51,764 bases of DNA from Macrostomum lignano (taxonomy: Eukaryota): the NCBI GenBank assembly GCA_002269645.1, contig NIVC01004286.1, positions 1-51,764 on the forward strand. Direction: 5' to 3'. Position 1 is the stretch's first letter. The number at the start of each line of letters is the position of its first letter. The notes under the pieces are model-generated. The model was not told the origin of the DNA and did not search any database. It worked only from the letters and a program-made list of their open reading frames with translations. Positions 36,301-46,600 of the stretch are shown piece by piece. A program made the translations under genes and the position numbers.

Positions 36301-37572
36301 AGGTGAGAACAGTACAGACATCATGCGGATGGTCACGTAGGCTGGCAGGTGGGAACAGTACATACATCATGCGGATGGTCACGTAGGCTGGCAGGTGAGA
36401 ACAGTACAGACATCATGCGGATAGTCACGTAGGTTGGCAGGTGAGAACAGTACATACATCATGCGAATAGTCACGTAGGCTGGCAGGTGAGAACAGTACA
36501 GACATCATGCGGATGGTCACGTAGGCTGGCAGGTGAGAACAGTACAGACATCATGCGGATGGTCACGTAGGCTGGCAGGTGAGAACAGTACATACATCAT
36601 GCGGATGGTCACGTAGGCTGGCAGGTGAGAACAGTACAGACATCATGCGGATGGTCACGTAGGCTGGCAGGTGAGAACAGTACAGACATCATGCGGATGG
36701 TCACGTAGGTTGGCAGGTGAGAACAGTACAGACATCATGCGAATAGTCACGTAGGCTGGCAGGTGAGAACAGTACAGACATCATGCGGATGGTCACGTAG
36801 GCTGGAAGGTGAGAACAGTACATACATCATGCGAATAGTCACGTAGGCTGGCAGGTGAGAACAGTACAGACATCATGCGAATAGTCACGTAGGCTGGCAG
36901 CTGAGAACAGTACAGACATCATGCGGATGGCCACGTAGGCTGGCAGGTGAGAACAGTACAGACATCATGCGGATGGTCACGTAGGTTGGCAGGTGAGAAC
37001 AGTACAGACATCATGCGGATGGTCACGTAGGCTGGCAGGTGAGAACAGTACAGACATCATGCGGATGGTCACGTAGGCTGGCAGCTGAGAACAGTACAGA
37101 CATCATGCGGATGGTCACATAGGTTGGCAGGTGAGAACAGTACAGACATCATGCGGATGGTCACGTAGGTTGGCAGGTGAGAACAGTACAGACATCATGC
37201 GGATGGTCACGTAGGTTGGCAGGTGAGAACAGTACAGACATCATGCGAATAGTCACGTAGGCTGGCAGGTGAGAACAGTACAGACATCATGCGGATGGTC
37301 ACGTAGGTTGGCAGGTGAGAACAGTACAGACATCATGCGGATGGTCACGTAGGCTGGCAGGTGAGAACAGACATTATGCCTCTTGAAAGCGCTGATTGGT
37401 TAATTCACAAATGCTATCAGGTGAGTCAATGAAGCAAGTCTATTATTAGTACACCTTGGGCCTGCTAATTATGTAACGATAAGAGAGAAAATAAAAGCCT
37501 GCATTGCTTCCTTTGCATGAGAACTGCTGGGCCGGCAGCACCCCCTCCCCAGCTCCGCATTGATCTCAACAA

Positions 37573-37623
<51 letters not shown>

Positions 37624-40600
37624 AGAATCTGCTGACTGCTTTGTGCGCTCCATCTTTGCCCAGATTCCTGGAAGCTGCTCCTGTTTGAACACCGTAGGGG
37701 TTCCGCTTCTTCTACTCAGCTCAGAATTCTGATTGAGCTGCACAGGAACTGCTGCTGCTGAGAATGGCTGAGAATCGATAACTGTTTTCCCCTGCCAGCC
37801 AGAGTCTCCCCGGCGGAAAGTAATTTGAATTTGAATGGCAGTTTCTCTAAAATTTTGTTTTAGATAATCCCCTGTCATGCCACTAATCCCTCCTTAGTCG
37901 CTGAATTTTAATCCTTCCTGCTTGGTTCGTACAAACGGGTCTGAGCAATTTGAGTTGCTGCGCTCTCTTGTTTGAGCAGACTGCCAAAGCAAACTTTGCC
38001 GAACATATCTCTTGCATTTCGCTTCTAAAAGAGGACAAGTTGCATGCTGAGCTCTGAGTCTTAGCAGAAGAGCTCAACAAATTGAAGTCGCATTTTGCCT
38101 GCCCACTTTGGTGAAGTATTTCAGTTTCTATTGCTGCTACAGAACGAGGGCAAATAACGAGACAAGACAAGGAAACAAATATTGTGTGTATGGCAAACAT
38201 GACTGAGAACTGAGAGTTATTAACAAAACACGTATCGATAAGTAACGGTTTTAAAAGTGTTATTAAACTTCGTTGCTTATCTGACGCTACCAGCACGTGT
38301 CGAAGACCTCCAGGCCTTTCATAATCACTGGCGAGCTGTGGCAGTACCGCTGAAAGTCTTCGTACGTAACGGAGCCCTTGCCCTCGGTGTCCATCTGGTG
38401 GAAGATTTGGCTGGCGTGGTCGTGCACGCTCTTGGCCGACTCCTTCTTCCTTGCGTGGCTGCCCAGCAGTTCATAGATGGAGGCCAGGAACTGGCAGATC
38501 TCTTCGTGGCTCAGCGTGCCGTCCAGGTTGACGTCGTACAGCCGGAAGATCCACACGATCTTCTCCTCGACGCTGCCCCTAGCCAGCTCGGAGAGCCACA
38601 TCACATACTGGTGGAACGGCAGCGACTCTTTCTTGTCCACGTCGAGCCAGTTGAATATGATCCGCGCGAACGGCGCTGGGTTGCCGAAGGGGAACAGCTG
38701 GGCGAAGATGCCGCAGATGTGCTCCTCGCGCACCAGGCCAGTCGGGCAGTCCTGCTTGAAGCCGCGATACAGCAGGCGGAGCTCCCGCTCACTGAACTTG
38801 GACCTCTGCGCCAGCAGCCGGATTGGCGGCGGCTTGTAGCGCTGGAAGTTCGCCTGCAGGTCCGGGTCGCTCATCTCGGTTGAAGGAAATCCTTCTAATG
38901 CGGGCCTCGGATATCCTGGATTGCCCGCGGGCTTTGCCGCTTCGGTCTTCTGCTGGCTTCTGTTTGTCTTCTCTCTCTTCTGGCTGCCGATTCTCTTCCA
39001 GTTTCTTTTGGCTGGCACTGGCTTAGTCTGGGAGCCGCGGCCCGGCCCTGAATTCCCAGCTGACTGAATAGAATAGCAGACTTCTGGGCCTCGGTCTGCG
39101 TTGTCCGACCTCCTTCCTTTTTTCCCTCTCTTCTTCCTGGCCTTCTGTCGATTTGGAGTTTGGCGTCTTGCTTGCCTTTCTGCTGGGCCCCCGGATTGGC
39201 CGGACCGGCCCAGGCCTGCCCCGCTCCACTCCCAATCGCTTCCAGGCGGTCTCGCGCAACTATGGTAGGGGGGGGATGGGAAATGAAAAACGGCCAACGG
39301 GTCACTGATAGGGGAGGAGGCAAGCGAGAAATGCCGGTGCCTCGAGGCTCCGTAGATCTGCAGGCGATGGGGCTGCGGGTGGAGCTGAGGGTCAAAACTC
39401 TGCGCAGTTGCGGAAAGGAAAGTTTTGTCTGCCTTGGCGCTGCTGCTGCTGCAAACAAACCCAGACTTACTGTCTAGGTTTATAACCTTCCAATAGCTGT
39501 TGCTCTTGCCCAGTGGTTATCTCTGCTTTGCACTGAGCCATTTGTACTGAAGGCAACCTGAGTGGTCGGGTCCGGCATCGAGACTAAACTCCTGTCGGAG
39601 GAAATTGCTTGCATACGTCGCCGATATGTATTGAAGTGCCTTGTATAAAGATAGAATCTCTATATAAGAAGAACATTATATCAGCGGGTTTGAATTCCGT
39701 TAACCCGAATCGCTTTGGGAAGAGAGGAAAACGGTTTCGGGGAAGTGACTCGGCTACCCCGAGGGTTCGGCGTAACCGAAGCAACGATTAGTGCCATCCG
39801 GAGCCTCTATTAAAAGCCATTCCGTTCCGCTCCCCTCGGTCCGCATTCCAACAGCCGGAAGTCATCCATAAAAACTTTCTGATTGGCTGCTCTGTGGAAT
39901 ACAGATAATTGCTTGCCGGTTTCAGAAACTTCGTATATGGTGTGCTTTTTCCTGTTGTGGAGTTTTTTATTTCTATTTCTAGCTCTGCGCCTCCTTGGCC
40001 TATACGACAGCCTTTTGTGTAGCTCCTTCTGCAGTAGCTAAGGAATGCTGGGCCAGTTGCTGCACTCCTTCTAGAAGATCAATGCGGGCAGCGAACCGCG
40101 CCGGGGCGGAGCTGCATCGGCTGAGAAGTTCTCGCGCAATACGCTTGGCGAACTGCTCTGAGGACAATATGTATAGTTCGTGTGCAGTTGGTAAAAAATC
40201 AATAAAGTAAAAGAGTTCATCAACAGTGGCAGCTGGCGCACTCTGTCCCACTTTGTGGGTCTTGCCAGGCTACGAAAATTTTGGGTACTTGTTTGGATAT
40301 GTCGGAGTTGATTTATTAACATTCTGTGCCACTTGCAATTTATGTTTTATCGTGTAAGATAGCGGACTCATCTGGAGTCAGGATATTTGGGCTCTGGAGA
40401 AGTTCTCATCCAAGTATTGGCATCTGAGAAATTCCCCGTGATGTATTAGCATCCTCTGAGAAATTCCCCGTGAGGTATTAGCATCCTCTGAGAAATTCCC
40501 CGTGATGTATTAGCATCCTCTGAGAAATTCCCCGTGAGGTATTAGCATCCTCTGAGAAATTCCCCGTGATGTATTAGCATCCTCTGAGAAATTCCCCGTG

Positions 40601-43600
40601 AGGTATTAGCATCATCTGAGAAATTCCCCGTGAGGTATTAGCATCCTCTGAGAAATTCCCCGTGAGGTATTAGCATCCTCTGAGAAATTCCCCGAGAGGT
40701 ATTAGCATCCTCTGAGAAATTCCCCGTGAGGTATTAGCATCCTCTGAGAAATTCCCCGTGAGGTATTAGCATCCTCTGAGAAATTCCCCGTGAGGTATTA
40801 GCATCATCTGAGAAATTCCCCGTGAGGTATTAGCATCATCTGAGAAATTCCCCGAGAGGTATTAGCATCCTCTGAGAAATTCCCCGAGAGGTATTAGCAT
40901 CCTCTGAGAAATTCCCCGTGAGGTATTAGCATCCTCTGAGAAATTCCTCGTGAGGTATTAGCATCCTCTGAGAAATTCCCTGGGAGGTATTAACATCCTC
41001 TGTCGAGAAATTCCCCGTGAGGTATTAACATCCTCTGTCGAGAAATTCCCCGTGAGTTATTAGCACCCTCTGAGAATTCCCATTGAGTCACGGTATTGGT
41101 ACATGAGAATAGAAATTTCCCCTAAGCATAGCGTTGGAATCTGAGAGTAGAAATTACCGAAATTCCCATTGAGCAAAGGCATTTGCCCTTGAGCCTTAGC
41201 ATCCCAGACCGTGAATTTGGTAAAAAATTCCCTTTGGAGATTAAATTTCTAATAAATACACGCTGGATTTTCTCAGGGATTTTCTTCTGCCTTTCCCAGA
41301 TGCTCATGAACCTCATAACATAAGCCTCTCATAGCCGTCATTATTGCATAGCTTCGCCTTGCACGTTTTCCTTTGCGCCAGAACTGCGCAATAATAGCCT
41401 AATTAATAAATAATACAGCCAATGCGTGAGCTGGAAAACTATATGGGAGAGGTGACGGACACGCCTGAGTCGGCTCAGACACCCGGAGCAATCACCCGCC
41501 TGCCTTGCTCTCAGTGCGTGCCGTGGCTCTTGTCTGACACATGCCGGCCCGCATGCCAAGCCGCGTGTTGACTCTGCGCTACGCTGGCACTAGCGGGGAA
41601 GCCTTGATGCTCTCAGCTCAATCTCAGCTAAGCCTGTTTGCCCGCATTGCAGCCTTGGGCTCAAATACCCACTCAATGTCGGAGCTCCTCTTACCGCCGT
41701 CCGTCGGTCTGAATCCATATTTCTTCTGTTGCCTAATTTGAATGCTTTTTCACAATCAAAGGCCGCTGTTTTTACCCGACCCCCCGCGCGGTTGAATTGC
41801 TTTCTTTGGTCCATTAGAATGCTTTGAGTTCAAGCAGGGCACGGGTTTAAGCGTGGGCTCTTCGTTGGAGAGCGTTGGAGAGATCTTCAAACAGACTTGT
41901 GCACTTTTGTGTCTTGGTGCTGGCTTCTGCCTTTCTATGGCTTTTTTGTCACTTTCTTCTCGACAGCTAAATGTGCAATACAGAGGCTGGATGATGAAAA
42001 TCTGAATAATCAGAATTGGACCTAAATGTGATTCCATTTTGGAACTATTTTTGATTCCACTCTGAAGCTATTTTTTTTATTTCACTCTGGAACTAAATTC
42101 AATTCCACTCTGGAACTACTTATTGATTCCACTCTGGAACTATTTTTCAATTCCACTCCGGAACTAAATTCAATTCCACTCTGGAACTATTTTTCAATTC
42201 CACTCCGGAACTAAATTCAATTCCACTCTGAAACTATTTTTCAATTCCACTCCGGAACTAAATTCAATTCCACTCTGAAACTATTTTTCAATTCCACTCC
42301 GGAACTAAATTCAATTCCACTCTGAAACTATTTTTCAATTCCACTCCGGAACTAAATTCAATTCCACTCTGAAACTATTTTTCAATTCCACTCCGGAACT
42401 AAATTCAATTCCACTCTGAAACTATTTTTCAATTCCACTCCGGAACTAAATTCAATTCCACTCTGAAACTATTTTTCAATTCCACTCCGGAACTAAATTC
42501 AATTCCACTCTGAAACTATTTTTCAATTCCACTCCGGAACTAAATTCAATTCCACTCTGAAACTATTTTTCAATTCCACCCCGGAACTAAATTCAATTCC
42601 ACTCTGAAACTATTTTTCAATTCCACTCCGGAACTAAATTCAATTCCACTCTGGAACTACTTATTGATTCCACTCTGGAACTATTTTTCAATTCCACTCC
42701 GGAACTAAACTTGATTCCACTCTGGAACTGAATCTGGTTCCACTAAGGAACTATACTGTAGCTGATTCCACTCCGGAACTAAATACTAACGTATTGTATT
42801 TATCAGACACTAATCTTCGGCTCCACCGCACCTCCCCCACCCCAGGTGGTACCGCGACCTGGTCCCCAAGCCCGTGGAGAAGAACGCCGCCCAGGGCGCC
42901 AGCCTCATCACCGCGCAGATGCGCGTCGCGCCCAAGCTGCTCCGCCTCACCTGGCGCGGCTTCCCGCTGCACCACGACTCCGAGCTGAAGTGGGGCCGCC
43001 TGGTCCCCGGCCGCAACCCCAGCCCGGCCGAGGTCGACCCGCGTTACTTCAACCCGGACAATAGCCGGCTCCTGTCCGACCAGCCGGCCATCAAGACGGT
43101 CGCCGCTGGCAGCTCGGAGCTGCGCTTTCCGCTGGCCGCCTACTGCCGGGCCTGCCTGCCCTCCCTGCTGCGCTGCCTCCGCCAGCACGAGCTGCTCGAC
43201 CAGCAGCAGCAGCGCCGGCGCCAGCGTCAGGCCTGGTGGCGCCGTTTTAGCGCCGATTTGGCCGGCTCGCTGAGAATGCTGCCCGTGGACGAAATCGGCA
43301 GGGCGGAGCTCGAGGCTGCTCTGACGGCGATGGAGAGCGGCGCGGCTGGAGACGATGGGGAAGGCGGCCGGGAGGCTGGCAAGGAGGAGTACGACTGGGA
43401 GCGCCATCTGCCCTGCGCGCTCACCGCCACTCCGCTGGCGGAGGGCGCCGCCTTCAAGCGGGCCGCCAACCCTAGCATTGACGCCTGCTGGTTCTGCGCC
43501 CTGCCGCACCCACAGGTCCGCCTGCAGTGCCCTCTCAGAGCCTCTGTTGCTGGGCCAGCCTCCCAGATCCTCAGTTGCTGGGCCAACCTCCCAGATCCTC

Positions 43601-46600
43601 AGTTGCTGGGCCAACCTCCCAGATCCTCAGTTGCTGGGCCAGCCTCCCAGATCCTCAGTTGCTGGGCCAGCCTCCCCGATCCTCAGTTGCTGGGCCAGCC
43701 TCCCAGATCCTCAGTTGCTGGGCCAGCCTCCCAGATCCTCAGTTGCTGGGCCAGCCTCCCAGATCCTCAGTTGCTGGGCCAGCCTCCCAGATCCTCAGTT
43801 GCTGGGCCAGCCTCCCAGAGCCTGACTCAGGCCTCCGCATCAGGGCCTGACCGCTAGCTACGAGAACCCCCCACCCCCCGCAGGGCACCAGCGTGGGCAA
43901 CCCGCTATCCAAGAGCTTCCTGGCCGCCATCGACGCCGGCCTGCTGTGCAGCGACCGGCCGGAGGTCGGCGAGCTGCTCCGCATGCACGCCCGCTGCACC
44001 TACTGGCAGGGCGCCAGCAAGCGGGTGAACAGCCAGCTGGCCCTGCCGCTGGTGCACGGAGGAGAAGGCGGTGGAATCCGTTTGATCCTGCCGCAGGTGG
44101 TTGCCATGGGAACGGTGAGCAGGCGGGCGGTGGAGCCGCTGTGGCTGACGGCCAGCAACGCGCGGCCGGACCGGCTGGGCTCTGAGCTGAAGGCGATGGT
44201 GCAGCCGCCGCCCGGCTACCGCCTGGTGGGCGCCGACGTGGACTCGCAGGAGCTGTGGATTGCCTCCATGGCCGGCGATGCAGAGTTTGACGACGATGCT
44301 GGAGGCGGCAACGGCGAGCGTCGGCGAATCCACGGCGCCACGGCCGTCAGCTGGATGAGCCTGCGGGGCAGCAAGGCGGAGGGCACGGACCTGCACTCGG
44401 TCAGCGCCCGGCTCATCAACGTGTCCCGCGAGCACGCCAAGGTGCTGAACTACGCCCGCTTCTACGGCTCCGGGGCGGGCAACATCGCCAAGCTGCTGTG
44501 CCAGTTCGACCCCGGCATCGACAAGCAGCTGGCCATGGACAAGGCCAGGAAGCTGCTGAGGGAGACCAAGGGCAGCCGGAGCGGCGGCGTCTGGCGCGGC
44601 GGCAGGTGAGAGCGGCCGGCTTTATTGGATTGGGGTGGGGGAATTTTCCGGAGTGATTTTTGTTGAAGTTTTCGGGTGGTGATTGGGGAATTATTCTTAT
44701 GGGAATTGGGGGATTTTTCTTATGGGAATTCGGGAATTTTTCGAATGTGAATTGGGAAATTTTTTGAATGGGAATTGGGGAATTTTTCGAATGGGGATCG
44801 GGGAATTTTTCGAATGGGAATCAGGAATTTTTCAAATGGGGATTGGAGAATTTTTCTTATGGGAATTAGGGAATTTTTCTTATGGAAATTGGGTAATTTT
44901 TCTTATGAAAATTGGGAAATTTTTCTTTTGAAAATTGGGGAATTTTTCTTATGGGAATTGGGTAATTCTTCGAATGAGGATTGGGGAATTTTTCGAATGT
45001 GAATTGGGGAATTTTTCGAATGGGGATTGGGGAATTTTTCGAATGTGAATTGGGAAATTTTTCGAATGTGAATTGGGGAATTTTTCGAATGGGGATTGGG
45101 GAATTTTTCGAATGTGAATTGGGAAATTTTTCGAATGGGAATTTTTCGAATCGGGATCGGGGAATTTTTCGAATAGGGATTAGGGAATTTTTCGGATTGG
45201 TTTTTGTTGAATTTTTATTATGTGCATTGGGGGATTTTTCGAATGGGGATTGGGAAATTCTCTAAATGGGGATTAGGGAGTTTTCCGAGTGAGGACAGAG
45301 AATTTTTTGAGTAGGACCTGGGGACTTTTTGATTGGAGGCAGGGAAATTTTTTGAATAGGGATTGGGGAATTTTCGATTGGAGGCTGGGGAATTTTTTGA
45401 CTAGGGATTGGGGAATTATTGAGTGAGGTTTGGGGATTTTCGAATATTGTGTTGGGATGCCTTTTAGGATCAGGTCTCCAAGCACGGCACAGACTACAAA
45501 GTGCAAATTAATTCTTTTGTTGGTCTGTTTCTCTTCCCGAAATATCGCTAGGATATTATTAATAACTGTCCGCATTGATTGCATAGTGTGTACTGTCCGC
45601 TGTCCGGGGGTTCCTGCTCTATCAATGCGGCAATCGATTTCTATGAACCCCTCTGGCTGAGGCGGTTATTTGATTAGCTGAGCAGCTCTGAAGCTCCCCG
45701 CCTGTCTCGCTCGGCTCGTCAAGTGGTCCGCAGAGTTTGCTGACCAAGCGCCGGCGCTGGTCTGCGACGGAAACAGATACAGGGCTTGGGGAGTGTTGCC
45801 GGGGAGATGGAGACGGGAGAGAAACTGATTCGGAAGATGGATAGTGAGAGCGAGGGAGAGAGGAGGCTGTGGAGATGAAGGGTGAGGGAGGAAGGGAGCG
45901 GAGATGGTGAGGGAGCAGAGGGTGAGGGAGCAGATGGTGAGGGAGTAGAGGGTTAGGGAATAGAGGGTGAGGGAGCAGAGGGTAAGGGAGCGGAGAGGGT
46001 GAGGGAGCGGAGAGGGTGAGGGAGAGGAGAGGGTGAGGGAGCGGAGAGGGTGAGGGAGCGGAGAGGGTGAGGGAGCGGAGAGGGTGAGGGAGCGGAGAGG
46101 GTGAGGGAGCGGAGAGGGTGAGGGAATAGAGGGTGAGGGAGCAGATGGTGAGGGAGCAGATAGTGAGGGAGCGGAGAGGGTGAGGGAGCAGAGGGTGAGG
46201 GAGCAGAGGGTGAGGGAGGAGAAGGTGGGAGTAGAGGGTGGGACAGAGGAGCAGTTGAAGGAGAGGAGAGGGCAGGGCAGAGGGCAGAGAGGGGGGGGAG
46301 ACAGCCGGCAGGAGTTGCTGGATGGTGAGGCTGCGGGGATAAGAAAACAGTGGAAAAGTGAGCCGAGTGGCGGGACAGAAGGCGACAGCGGGGGCCGCAG
46401 GGAGCTGTGGCCAGTCAGTGCGAAAGTCTGTCAGATTAGCAAAGTGTAAAACACGGGCATCGGGTGCCGGAACTGCCTGCCAGGTACTTCACGATCGGCC
46501 CCAGCTGCCCGCTCGCCAGGCTGATATTGCTTTTTCCCAGAGCTGCGGGACTTGAGAGCTGGGGAGGGGGGTTGCTATGGATTTATGGGATAATTAATTC

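Noticed and set aside
35222-37370. CRISPR-like regular repeat (also 40425-41075 and 42035-42780)
   Set aside because: Head-to-tail units with no unique spacers, no cas genes, and a eukaryotic intronic context.
38257-39477. Plus-strand ORFs opposite the KChIP-like gene
   Set aside because: Antisense shadows with no recognisable motifs.
41600-41730. Minus-strand [10 protein letters not shown].. resembling an RT GFR motif
   Set aside because: The frame closes after ~30 codons and no other RT motifs follow.
44683-46449. ORFs such as [12 protein letters not shown]... and MREQRVREQ...
   Set aside because: They are translations of intron 7 minisatellites.
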